From Geotalea uraniireducens Rf4 (GTDB lineage: Bacteria > Desulfobacterota > Desulfuromonadia > Geobacterales > Geobacteraceae), in the NCBI RefSeq assembly GCF_000016745.1, contig NC_009483.1:1710001-1742000 (forward strand): a stretch of DNA of 32,000 nt, given 5' to 3'. Under the pieces are notes generated by a model. The model did not search any database. It was not told where the DNA came from and saw nothing but the letters and a program-made list of their open reading frames with translations. Position 1 is the stretch's first letter. Each line of letters begins with the position of its first letter. Positions 20,245 through 28,594 of the stretch are shown piece after piece. The position numbers and the translations under genes are program-made.

Positions 20245-21855
20245 ATGTATCTCGAATATTTCGGCTTCAGGGAAAAGCCCTTTTCGGTCACTCCGAACCC
20301 ACGCTTCATTTTCCTCAGCAAAAACCACCGGGAAGCTTTTGCCCACCTTTTGTACGGCATAAACAACCATTCCGGTTTTATCGAACTGACCGGCGAGGTG
20401 GGGACCGGCAAAACCACGGTTCTGCGCACGTTCCTCAACCGGCTTGACGAGGATAGCCACCGCACCGCCCTTATCTTCAATCCCTGCCTGTCGTCAGAGG
20501 AACTGCTGCGCACCATAAACCGGGAGTTTATAATACCCTACGAAGGGCTGAGCCGCGCCGAGCTTCTGGAAAGCCTGAACGTCTTTCTCCTGGAGCAGAA
20601 AGCCGCCGGTCGCAACGTGGTGCTGGTGATCGACGAGGCGCAGAACCTGGCGCCGGAGGTGCTGGAACAGATCCGGCTCATCTCCAACCTGGAGACGGAG
20701 ACGGATAAGCTGATCCAGATTGTGCTGGCAGGACAGCCGGAACTTGAAGGAATTCTTGAAAAGACCGAGCTGCGCCAGCTCAGGCAGCGGATTCTGGTGC
20801 ACTACCACCTGCTCCCCATGGATTTTGAAGACACCAAAGGGTATATCGAACACCGGCTCGAATTGGCTGGGGGCGGGGTGATCTTTGTAAACCAGGCCCT
20901 GAAAAGGATTTTCCGCTATTCCGGCGGAGTTCCCCGGCTTATCAATATTGCCTGCGACAGGGCGCTGCTGATCGGCTATACAGAGGGAAGCCGCGAGATT
21001 CAAGGCCGGATGGCTGCTGCCGCTGTTGCTGAAATCAAGAGGACGAGAAGTCCGAAGCATCTTTTTGCCCGGTTACGTCTCACAGTTCTCGCCACTTTAG
21101 CGATCCTGCTCATTGTAGGGATATATGCTGCCCTGGGGACCAGGCAAACCATATCCGCCAAGCGTATGCAACCGGCAGTGGCAGCTGTGCCGGACCCGCT
21201 CAATGCATTGCGTAAAGGGTTTTCCGGGATGGACGAAGCAGAGAGCGTATCCGCTTCATTCAAAGCCATTGCCCGTCTTTGGAATGTTTCGCCGGTAGCA
21301 AACCTGCAGAAGGTGAGCAGCATCCAGGACCTGGAAAAACTGGCGCTGCAGCGGGGGCTCCGCCTTACACCGTTCACCGGCAGTCTCGACCTTCTCTTGC
21401 GCAGTGATTCGCCCGCACTTCTTGAGTTCACCATTCCGGGTGTCAGCGGCAAGCGATATCTGGCCCTGGTCGGCAAGGACAATGACCAGTTGCTGATTTC
21501 TCCTCCCCTGGCCGGCCATGATTCGCTCAGCAGCGAGGAACTCAAAGCGCTTTGGTCGGGACGCAGTTACCTGTTTTGGAAAAATATATACAATATTCGT
21601 CCAACCATCTCGGCAGGGAGTAGCGGCTGGCGGGTGAGCCGCCTGCAACAGCTCCTTGCCGGTGCAGGGTTTTACAAAATCCGGCTTAACGGGGTTTTTG
21701 ACGCTGCCACCCAAAATGCGCTCAAGCAATACCGGCTGGCACGGGGAATTGAACAGAGCGACAGGGTTGGAGAGTTGACCCTTCTTTTTCTGTATAAGGA
21801 AGGAAAAGATCATATCACCCCGAAGCTTGAAAAGAGGGGGGGCAACAGGCTATGA
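20245..21855 (+). CDS. exeA: ExeA/GspA-like AAA+ ATPase with C-terminal peptidoglycan-binding domain
   Basis: N-terminus YFGFREKPFSVTPNPRFIFLSKNHREAFAHLLYGI. Walker A is GEVGTGKTT. Walker B is VVLVIDEAQNL. One TM segment (LTVLATLAILLIVGIYAAL). PG_binding_1-like VSRLQQLLAGAGFYKIRLNGVFDAATQNALKQYRLARGI. Confidence 0.85.
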   Translation: MYLEYFGFREKPFSVTPNPRFIFLSKNHREAFAHLLYGINNHSGFIELTGEVGTGKTTVLRTFLNRLDEDSHRTALIFNPCLSSEELLRTINREFIIPYEGLSRAELLESLNVFLLEQKAAGRNVVLVIDEAQNLAPEVLEQIRLISNLETETDKLIQIVLAGQPELEGILEKTELRQLRQRILVHYHLLPMDFEDTKGYIEHRLELAGGGVIFVNQALKRIFRYSGGVPRLINIACDRALLIGYTEGSREIQGRMAAAAVAEIKRTRSPKHLFARLRLTVLATLAILLIVGIYAALGTRQTISAKRMQPAVAAVPDPLNALRKGFSGMDEAESVSASFKAIARLWNVSPVANLQKVSSIQDLEKLALQRGLRLTPFTGSLDLLLRSDSPALLEFTIPGVSGKRYLALVGKDNDQLLISPPLAGHDSLSSEELKALWSGRSYLFWKNIYNIRPTISAGSSGWRVSRLQQLLAGAGFYKIRLNGVFDAATQNALKQYRLARGIEQSDRVGELTLLFLYKEGKDHITPKLEKRGGNRL

Positions 21856-22574
21856 GCTCGATCCTGAAGGCGTTGCAAAAGGCTGAGGAAGAGAAGGCTG
21901 CCCGCCGCAATGCGGGTCCCCTTGCCGGCGATATCAGCAGGGTCCGGCAGGAACGCGGACGGAAGCCCCGCTGGCTGATACCCGCTGCCATGGCTGCTGT
22001 TGCCGCTGTGGCTGTGCTGACAACCTTTGTCTTGATGGGGGGATTTTCACAGCGAAAGCAAGAAACGGTATCGCAGCCTGCGAATAATGTCGCTGCTCCC
22101 CTGTCGCAGAGCCGGCCATTGTCGGGCACCCCGACGGCAACCGCCGCTCCGCTTGCCGCCGATAATGCAGCAGCGCAGCCGCTGAATGTTCAGCCGGGGC
22201 CGGGCAAGAACCCCGGTGCCCAGGTCGCGACTGTCGTATCCCCGCGGCCGCATGCCGCCGTAGTTGCTGCCAAGGCGAAGACGCCGGTTGAGAGCGCCGT
22301 TCCCGCCATAAAGAAGGTACCGGAACAACAAGACCCGCAAACGACGGTCGCTCCCGTCTCAGGGAAGCATGCCGATGCAGATTTCAAGGTGAGCGGCATC
22401 GCCTGGCAAAAGGAGAGCGCTTCACGGCTCGCTGTAGTGAACGGTACTGCCGTTACCCAAGGCGGGGTAGTGGACGGCGCCAGGGTTGAGGCGATACTTC
22501 CCGACCGGGTGCGCCTGACACTGGATAAACGCAGTTTCGAGGTGTTACTTGGTAAGACGGTGACTGAAAAGTGA
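21852..22574 (+). CDS. gspB: GspB/ExeB-like secretion accessory protein
   Basis: 4-nt overlap with exeA (ATGA). N-terminus MSSILKALQKAEEEKA, one TM segment, an Ala/Pro-rich linker, and a C-terminal VSGIAWQKESASRLAVVNGTAVTQGGVVDGARVEAILPDRVRL domain. Confidence 0.6.
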   Translation: MSSILKALQKAEEEKAARRNAGPLAGDISRVRQERGRKPRWLIPAAMAAVAAVAVLTTFVLMGGFSQRKQETVSQPANNVAAPLSQSRPLSGTPTATAAPLAADNAAAQPLNVQPGPGKNPGAQVATVVSPRPHAAVVAAKAKTPVESAVPAIKKVPEQQDPQTTVAPVSGKHADADFKVSGIAWQKESASRLAVVNGTAVTQGGVVDGARVEAILPDRVRLTLDKRSFEVLLGKTVTEK

Positions 22575-22647
22575 CCTGCAAGGCCGGTCACGGACATCAA
22601 AGAACAAATAATGGTACAAATAACGGCAATTGAATTGCAGGGGAAGC

Positions 22648-22944
22648 ATGGCAACTAACATGGTAAAAAAGGATGATCAACAGCTTGAAGATTGGGAGTC
22701 GCTTTGCGAACAGTGCGGTCTCTGCTGCTTTGAGAAGATCGAGGATGAAGACGGCACCATATTCTTCACGGCAACTCCCTGTCGCTATCTGGATGTGGTG
22801 AGCCGGGAATGCAAGATCTATGAGCGGCGCTTTGAAATATGCCCCGAGTGCGTCAAGCTTACTGAAGAGATTGTAAGGGGCATCCGCTGGCTCCATGATG
22901 ATTGTGGTTATATGAAGGCCCTCGGTTTGAAGCGGAGGCGTTGA
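22648..22944 (+). CDS. YkgJ-family Cys-cluster (CxxCxxCC) zinc/iron-chelating domain protein
   Basis: CEQCGLCCF motif plus downstream Cys residues (TPCRYL, SRECKIY, ICPECV). The ORF track starts at TTG 22630; ATG 22648, which has an AGGGGA RBS, is more plausible. Confidence 0.65.
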   Translation: MATNMVKKDDQQLEDWESLCEQCGLCCFEKIEDEDGTIFFTATPCRYLDVVSRECKIYERRFEICPECVKLTEEIVRGIRWLHDDCGYMKALGLKRRR

Positions 22945-22979
22945 GGCGGTCGGCGGTCGGTGGTCGGCAGTCGGTGGTA
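22945..22979. repeat. Heptanucleotide tandem repeat (GGYRGTM)x5
   Basis: GGCGGTC GGCGGTC GGTGGTC GGCAGTC GGTGGTA, immediately after the stop codon at 22942-22944. Confidence 0.8.
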
Positions 22980-22989
22980 GTATTTATAT

Positions 22990-23208
22990 CAGCGTTGTCC
23001 GGTTTGGTTTTTGCTTACGTCCCGTAGGGACAGAATACTGGTAGCCGGGGAATTCATTCCCCGGTCATCCAGGCGAAATATCATCACGTCACGTACGTGA
23101 CGTGGGGAAATATAGCATCTCATCCGGGGGATGAATCCCCCGGCTACATTCGAACGCCCCTAATGGGGCTTAACAACCTTGATGCACAAACCAAACCGGA
23201 CAACGCTG
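22990..23208. mobile_element. 219-bp MITE related to the IS4-family element at 27092-28426
   Basis: Terminal IRs are CAGCGTTGTCCGGTTTGGTTT / AAACCAAACCGGACAACGCTG (perfect, 21 bp) and match the IS right end (CAGCATTGTCCGGTTTGGTC). Flanking 9-bp duplication is TATTTATAT / TATTTATAC (8/9). No coding capacity; the interior is itself palindromic, including a perfect 20-bp CACGTCACGTACGTGACGTG. Confidence 0.8.
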
Positions 23209-23239
23209 TATTTATACTGATATTGGAAAAACGGGAGTT

Positions 23240-24523
23240 TTGATCTTGAAAAAAACTGAAAAAGACGGCGCCTCAGTACTTACCCTGGTAAAAGGGGGGC
23301 GGACCAGCGCACATACCTTTGTAAATCTTCCTCTTGCCGAAAAGACGCATTACCTGAAAGGGCTTCGTGCCAAAGAGCGAATGGACCTCCTGATCGGCGA
23401 CCCGGAAGGGAAGATTCTTGTCCGGTCCATGGAACCCCAGGAATTTTTCTGGCTGTTCAAGGATATCGGCGAGACCGATGCTTTGGAACTCTTGCAGCTC
23501 GCTTCGCCGGAACAATGCATTTTCCTGCTTGATATGGAATTGTGGTCGAAGTGGTCCTTTTCTGCCGACAAGGCCGTTGAGTGGCTTGGCTATCTGCTGG
23601 AAGGGGGGGATGATCGGATCAGTGAACTATTGCCGCAGCTGGACTTTGAACTGCTCCAGCTGCTCTTCAGTAAAGAGCTCATAGTTGGCGGCGGTGTCGG
23701 CGACATGTCCAATGATGAAGAGCGGCTCGCAGATTGGGACCACAGCTTTGACGACATGTTCATGCTCACCTTTAAAAACCCGAAGCACAGCCAGGTCATG
23801 GGCAGATTTGTGGAATGCATCTGCCGCATTGACAATGCTCTCTACGTTGCCCTCATGGAAGGGGTGAAGAATGACATCGATCTGGAGTTGGAGGATGCCT
23901 GTTACCATTTCAGGGGCGGCCGGCTGGCCGACCTGGGCTTTCCGCCGCTCGACGAGGCACTTTCCCTCTACGCCCGTTTGAAACCGGCCACGTTTGCCCT
24001 GCTCGGCGAGAAAGAGCATTTACCGACAGGTTCCGTGACAACCCTTCCCGTGCCGGTCGGAGACGATACTTCCCTGCTGCTGAAGGCTCTGGCCCTGGCC
24101 GGGTCCGATGAATTGAGCATGGAGCTGAACTACCTGATTAACAGTGCCCTGGTGGCGGATGAGACGGCTTTTTCCGATTCGGAGGCCATGCATCAGGTTG
24201 CTCAGCGGGTTTACGGTTATCTGAATATCGCCCTTGAATATCTCTGCGAGGGGAATGTGAAAAAGGCGGGTGAGGTCTTGACCGGTGAATATCTGAAAAG
24301 GCTGTTCCAGCTGGGCTACAGTCTCCTTCTCGGGATCAAGACCAGGGCGGAGAAGCTGGAAAGTGAAAACTATGCTGCCAATAAGCTCTTGATGGGGCTT
24401 AAAAACAAGCGGCCCAGGTTCTACCGCGGCCTCGATTCCGACAAGGCCGACGGCTACCGGGAATTCATGTCAATGGACGATGTTGCCAGGGTTGAGGAGT
24501 TTCTGCGCCATCTGGAGGGGTAG
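23240..24523 (+). CDS. Conserved hypothetical protein (acidic, helical; no motif I can name)
   Basis: 427-aa ORF with coding-like composition. GGGAG at 23233-23237 precedes TTG starts at 23240 and 23246. The exact start is uncertain. Confidence 0.6.
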   Translation: MILKKTEKDGASVLTLVKGGRTSAHTFVNLPLAEKTHYLKGLRAKERMDLLIGDPEGKILVRSMEPQEFFWLFKDIGETDALELLQLASPEQCIFLLDMELWSKWSFSADKAVEWLGYLLEGGDDRISELLPQLDFELLQLLFSKELIVGGGVGDMSNDEERLADWDHSFDDMFMLTFKNPKHSQVMGRFVECICRIDNALYVALMEGVKNDIDLELEDACYHFRGGRLADLGFPPLDEALSLYARLKPATFALLGEKEHLPTGSVTTLPVPVGDDTSLLLKALALAGSDELSMELNYLINSALVADETAFSDSEAMHQVAQRVYGYLNIALEYLCEGNVKKAGEVLTGEYLKRLFQLGYSLLLGIKTRAEKLESENYAANKLLMGLKNKRPRFYRGLDSDKADGYREFMSMDDVARVEEFLRHLEG

Positions 24524-24530
24524 AAGCTTG

Positions 24531-24854
24531 TCACCGTAGCATCCTCTCCTGCAAGAGGTCCGGTATATCCCTTCTGCCGTCGAGAACGGCATAAACGCAT
24601 ACGTCCTTGCCTGTGATGCGATAAATGACCCGGTATGGTTTGAAAAAGAGCTCCCGGTATTCCATCATCCCGATCCGTTCCAGCTCCGGCGGACAGTGTC
24701 CCCGTTGCGGCAGGGTTTCGAGACTTTCGATGACCTTCTCCAGGTTGTCCAGCAGCCCCTCGGCTTTTGCCGGCGCATCGTTGGCAGCTACGTACCGGTA
24801 TATGTCCAGCAGATCGCGCTCGGCCTGTGCAGTCAGCTTGACCGCAAAGTTCAT
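24531..24854 (-). CDS. parE: ParE/RelE-family toxin
   Basis: 107 aa. AERDLLDIYRYVAANDAPAKAEGLLDNLEKVIESLETLPQRG...YRELFFKPYRVIYRI...VCVYAVLDGRRD fits the ParE pattern. 4-nt overlap with the upstream antitoxin gene. Confidence 0.85.
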   Translation of the reverse strand: MNFAVKLTAQAERDLLDIYRYVAANDAPAKAEGLLDNLEKVIESLETLPQRGHCPPELERIGMMEYRELFFKPYRVIYRITGKDVCVYAVLDGRRDIPDLLQERMLR

Positions 24855-25132
24855 GACCGTTCTTTCTTTATTCCGGAACGGATGTCTGCAAACGCAGTGC
24901 GGAACGGCCTTGTTTTGCCTTCTTCAACATCTTTCTGTCCCATGGCCAGAATCTTCAGGAGCGCCAGGCTCTCCCCCGTTTTTTCATATTCGCGCAGGTC
25001 CTGGACAATGGCTTTGGCCTCGCCGTTCAAGGTGATCACCACCGGCCGGTGGGTCTCCACCACATCACGCACCACTTCGGAAGCATGGGACTTGAAATAG
25101 CTGATCGGCTTCACCGCTTCGCTCATTTTCAT
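24851..25132 (-). CDS. phd: Phd/YefM-family antitoxin
   Basis: KPISYFKSHASEVVRDVVETHRPVVITLNGEAKAIVQDLREYE is the Phd/YefM N-terminal signature. Confidence 0.85.
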   Translation of the reverse strand: MKMSEAVKPISYFKSHASEVVRDVVETHRPVVITLNGEAKAIVQDLREYEKTGESLALLKILAMGQKDVEEGKTRPFRTAFADIRSGIKKERS

Positions 25133-25279
25133 CGTTAGACTCCTTACTGAAATTGACCTGAATAAAGTCTATATTCTGGGCGGTCCTTTTGCAACTTAAA
25201 AATGCGCGCAGAAAAAGGGAGAGGCCCTGGAACAGTCTCCTTTTTCTGCATTTATGGTTTTTGTATCTACAATAATTCC

Positions 25280-25420
25280 TTGACGGCAGCAATAACCGTA
25301 TATACAATAAATACCAGACGCAAAGACACAGTCCGCTTCATCTCGCTTCGTCCGGCCAGTAGAAAAGAACGGAGAATTTACCAATGGGAAAAATCGTCAG
25401 ACACACCAGCGAAGAACTGA
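25280..25420 (+). pseudogene. brnT: 5'-truncated brnT (BrnT ribonuclease toxin) remnant
   Basis: LTAAITVYTINTRRKDTVRFISLRPASRKERRIYQ matches the C-terminal third of BrnT (..vvyt.r...iRiISaRkAtkrErk.Y). The N-terminal two thirds are missing. Its end overlaps the brnA ATG, as in intact brnTA operons. Confidence 0.55.
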
Positions 25421-25725
25421 AGGCCATGATTTCAAGGGGCGAAGACCGAACCGACTGGGAACGTCTCAGAAACATGACCGAAGAAGAAATCGAGGCCAAC
25501 GCTTATGCCGACGCGGACAATCCGCCTCTCACCGATGAAGAGCTGACAGCGGCCCGCATTGTGCGCCATGGACGGGGCCGCCCCAAAAAAGACCGGCCTA
25601 AAAAGGCCGTCTCTCTTCGGATCGACCCTGAAGTCCTCGCCTACTTCAAAGGTACCGGTAAAGGCTGGCAAAGCCGCATCGATGCAGCCCTCAAGGAATG
25701 GATGAAAGAACACAAGGCGGCATAA
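25384..25725 (+). CDS. brnA: BrnA-family antitoxin
   Basis: 113 aa. DWERLRNMTEEEIEANAYADADNPPLTDEEL...KKAVSLRIDPEVLAYFKGTGKGWQSRIDAALKEWMKEH fits the BrnA pattern. Confidence 0.8.
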   Translation: MGKIVRHTSEELKAMISRGEDRTDWERLRNMTEEEIEANAYADADNPPLTDEELTAARIVRHGRGRPKKDRPKKAVSLRIDPEVLAYFKGTGKGWQSRIDAALKEWMKEHKAA

Positions 25726-25728
25726 CCG

Positions 25729-27039
25729 CTACGGCGCGGGATCATCCGCGACCACTTCCCCCTTTACCTCTTCCCGGACCACCCCGGTTATCCTCACCCT
25801 TTGCTCGTTGTTGATCAGGGAGTCATCCCCCTTTACGAAGACCGGCATGTAGTTGCGCGACAGCCCCTTGAGCATGCCGTTTTCTTCCCTGTTCTGGATA
25901 AGGACCGGCAGCTCCTTGCCGAGGAAGGTCCGGTAATAAGCCTTTTTCTTCTCTTCGGAAAGCTTGCGAAGCGCCTTGGCGCGCTCCTTTATCACGCTGC
26001 TCCGGACGTGGTCGCCCATGGTTGCAGCCGGGGTGCCGGTCCTGGGGGAGAAGGGGAAGACGTGGAAGTAAGCGACGGGGAGAGACTCCAGAAACCGGTA
26101 GCCCTGCTCGAATTCCTCCGCGCTTTCTCCGGGAAAGCCGGTGATGATGTCGGTGCCGATGCAGATATCGGGCAGGGCGCAAACGAGCTTTTCCACCACT
26201 TCTCGAAAGAGGTTTGCGGCATATTTCCGGTTCATGCGCGACAGCACCTGATCGTTGCCGCTCTGGAGCGGGATGTGCAGATGCGGGCAGACCAGCTTCG
26301 ACCCGGCGAGAAAGGCGATGAGCGCATCGGAAACTTCCGTCGGTTCTACCGATCCGACGCGGATTCTTTCGACAAGTTGCTGTTTTTCTGCGGCAATGAG
26401 GATATCGAGGAGGGTTAGCGGCGGTGTCAGGTCGAGACCGTAACCGCCGAGATGGATGCCGGTCAGCACCACCTCCTTGAATCCTTGCGCGGCAAAGGTC
26501 CTGATCCCGGCCAAAGCCTCGTCGAGCGGCACGCTGCGGCTTCTACCCCGGGCATAGGGGACGATGCAGTAGGAGCAGAAGGCGTCGCAGCCGTTTTGCA
26601 CCTGGAGGAACGCCCTGGTGTGTTCGGCGAAGCTCTCCAATTGGGCGCCGCCCGCGTCCTTTTCCCGCGATATGTCGGAGACCAGCACCTGACGCCCGTC
26701 GCCGATCTCCTTGAGCAGCGCGGCAATCCCCTTCTTTTCGCTGTTGCCGAGGATCAGGTTCACGCCGGGCATGTCGCTCAGTTCCTCGAATGCGACCTGC
26801 GCATAACAGCCGGTAACGACGATTCTGGCGGAGGGGTTCTGCCGGGAAGCCCGGCGGATGAGACGGCGCGATTCGGCATCGGTCCTGGAGGTTACGGTGC
26901 AGGTATTTATCACGTAAATGTCAGCGACGTCATCGAAGGGGATGACCTGAAAACCATCCTTCCCCAAGGCCTCGGACATGGCAGCCGATTCGAACTGGTT
27001 GATCTTGCAGCCGAGGGTGGTGATAGCCACCGTATTCAT
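25729..27039 (-). CDS. mtaB: MiaB/MtaB-family radical-SAM tRNA methylthiotransferase
   Basis: N-terminus MNTVAITTLGCKINQFESAAM, radical SAM motif CDAFCSYCIVPYARG, and a TRAM-like C-terminus. The ORF track extends to TTG 27066; ATG 27037-27039, preceded by AGGAAA, fits family N-termini better. Confidence 0.88.
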   Translation of the reverse strand: MNTVAITTLGCKINQFESAAMSEALGKDGFQVIPFDDVADIYVINTCTVTSRTDAESRRLIRRASRQNPSARIVVTGCYAQVAFEELSDMPGVNLILGNSEKKGIAALLKEIGDGRQVLVSDISREKDAGGAQLESFAEHTRAFLQVQNGCDAFCSYCIVPYARGRSRSVPLDEALAGIRTFAAQGFKEVVLTGIHLGGYGLDLTPPLTLLDILIAAEKQQLVERIRVGSVEPTEVSDALIAFLAGSKLVCPHLHIPLQSGNDQVLSRMNRKYAANLFREVVEKLVCALPDICIGTDIITGFPGESAEEFEQGYRFLESLPVAYFHVFPFSPRTGTPAATMGDHVRSSVIKERAKALRKLSEEKKKAYYRTFLGKELPVLIQNREENGMLKGLSRNYMPVFVKGDDSLINNEQRVRITGVVREEVKGEVVADDPAP

Positions 27040-27091
27040 TGCTGTTTCCTGTATTTTCACCATCAACTATTCACCATAAACCATCACCTCT

Positions 27092-28426
27092 CAGTAACTT
27101 CCGGTTAGGTTTTTGCACGACGTTTCTTACGTTTCAACTGTCTAATTTTGTTTGAGTTACCTTGTATTCTTGTGCGACGGCTCTGCTGTTCGGCTGCTGC
27201 TTCATTTGCAATCTGATTGCGTAATTCTCGTACCCTGCTAATGCTGACTGGCTCCTGGTGCTGCTCACGGCAATAGATGGCTAGCAGCAGATAGGTGATG
27301 AGACCACCAAGTATTTGAACCATGAGACCATATTCGCTTCTGGCAATCAGGTGATACACCTTTAGGTGGCGTTTCCACCAACCGAAGAAGGTCTCTATGT
27401 TCCAGCGCAGTTTATAAACCTGGGCCACTTCTTCAGCCGTCAGGTCGTATCTGTTGGTTGCTACCCAGTAGTCCTTGCCGTCAATACGGTAACCAACAAG
27501 GCGCAGCTCTTTCTCAGTCTGGTTTATACCTTTGGTGCCGAGAAGTACTATCTGGTCATAGAAGACAATACTGTCAGGATTTACGGCATTCTCTCTGATG
27601 ACGGTTTTGTGTGTATTCTCCCTGATACGGCAGACAAAAAACTTCTCGGCGGCCTGCCACTGGTCAAAGTGATTATGAGACTGATACCCACGATCCATGA
27701 CACCGGTTTCGCCTTTGTCGATGATCTTATCAACAAAGGGGCGCTCACCCTCTTTACCGTCGGTCAGGAATATCTTCCTTGGAATACCACGGTTGATATC
27801 GAAGCCGATATGGGCCTTGGCCTTCTTAGAGCCGCTTCGGTAATCTGCCCATTCCATAGATAGAACAGCATCTATCAAAGAACCGTCTATGGATACCAGA
27901 TTGCCAAGGTGAGCATATTCATCGGGAAGCACTCTGCCTGCTTGCTTGACAAGATGCCCGAATACCTCGGAAAGCTGTTCAAGACCACGGTTGTTGATTG
28001 CCTCAAAGAAAGAGCTCTTTTTGATTCCCTTGGGGGGAGCAACACATTCCTTGGCGAAGTCATCCTGATCCAGCGCCTGGAGAAGTTCGCTCCCGGAAGA
28101 GAACTCTTCCAAGTGATAAAAGATCAGGGCTTTTAGCTGATCATCGAAAGTCATTTGCAACGGGCGATACCCCCTGGATTCAAGTTCATTATCTGACTTG
28201 AATCTCTCAAAAATCGGGGTAAGAAGCAATTTGAAAGCGCGTGATTTTCGTCTTTGTTTCAGTCGTTTGAACGGTCGCATATCGTAACTCCTGTAATATT
28301 GGATAGTTACGAGTGCGGACCACCGTTTTTTTACTCAAAGTCAAGCAAATAATGCGGTATAACGCTGATTTTACAACTTTTTTACATTCTCAAAGAACCT
28401 TGCAAAGACCAAACCGGACAATGCTG
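27092..28426 (-). mobile_element. IS4-family insertion sequence (1335 bp) with perfect 9-bp target-site duplication
   Basis: IRs are CAGTAACTTCCGGTTAGGTTTTTGCA (left) and, reverse-complemented, CAGCATTGTCCGGTTTGGTCTTTGCA (right). The direct duplication ATCACCTCT is at 27083-27091 and 28427-28435. GC is lower than in the flanks. Confidence 0.88.
27105..28280 (-). CDS. IS4-family DDE transposase
   Basis: 391 aa. VSIDGSLID and GVMDRGYQSH are the DD candidates. YKLRWNIETFFGWWK is the exact Y-2-R-3-E-6-K signature of IS4-family transposases. Confidence 0.9.
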   Translation of the reverse strand: MRPFKRLKQRRKSRAFKLLLTPIFERFKSDNELESRGYRPLQMTFDDQLKALIFYHLEEFSSGSELLQALDQDDFAKECVAPPKGIKKSSFFEAINNRGLEQLSEVFGHLVKQAGRVLPDEYAHLGNLVSIDGSLIDAVLSMEWADYRSGSKKAKAHIGFDINRGIPRKIFLTDGKEGERPFVDKIIDKGETGVMDRGYQSHNHFDQWQAAEKFFVCRIRENTHKTVIRENAVNPDSIVFYDQIVLLGTKGINQTEKELRLVGYRIDGKDYWVATNRYDLTAEEVAQVYKLRWNIETFFGWWKRHLKVYHLIARSEYGLMVQILGGLITYLLLAIYCREQHQEPVSISRVRELRNQIANEAAAEQQSRRTRIQGNSNKIRQLKRKKRRAKT

Positions 28427-28464
28427 ATCACCTCTTCACTATTAATCCTCTAAAAAGTATTTTA

Positions 28465-28594
28465 GCCACGAATTTGCACGAATTTGCACGAATATACAAG
28501 CTCTTGTAATGCAGAAGACACTCACCAAATCGGTGACTACTCAAGACATAACAAGGTGTAAAAAACATTCGTGATTATTCGTGTCATTCGTGGC
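28465..28594. repeat. 130-bp inverted array of 10-bp-phased CACGAAT heptamers (MITE/REP-like)
   Basis: CACGAAT at 28467, 28477 and 28487, an exact 10-bp period. ATTCGTG at 28567, 28577 and 28586. Termini are GCCACGAAT / ATTCGTGGC. The right arm overlaps the mnmA stop codon. Confidence 0.75.

Noticed and set aside
22624-22639. A sigma54-like element, CGGCAA-N5-TTGCA, with correct GG/GC spacing upstream of the YkgJ-like gene.
   Set aside because: The predicted transcription start would fall on or after the most plausible start codon (22648), leaving no leader or RBS. Two consensus positions are also mismatched. It is possibly fortuitous.
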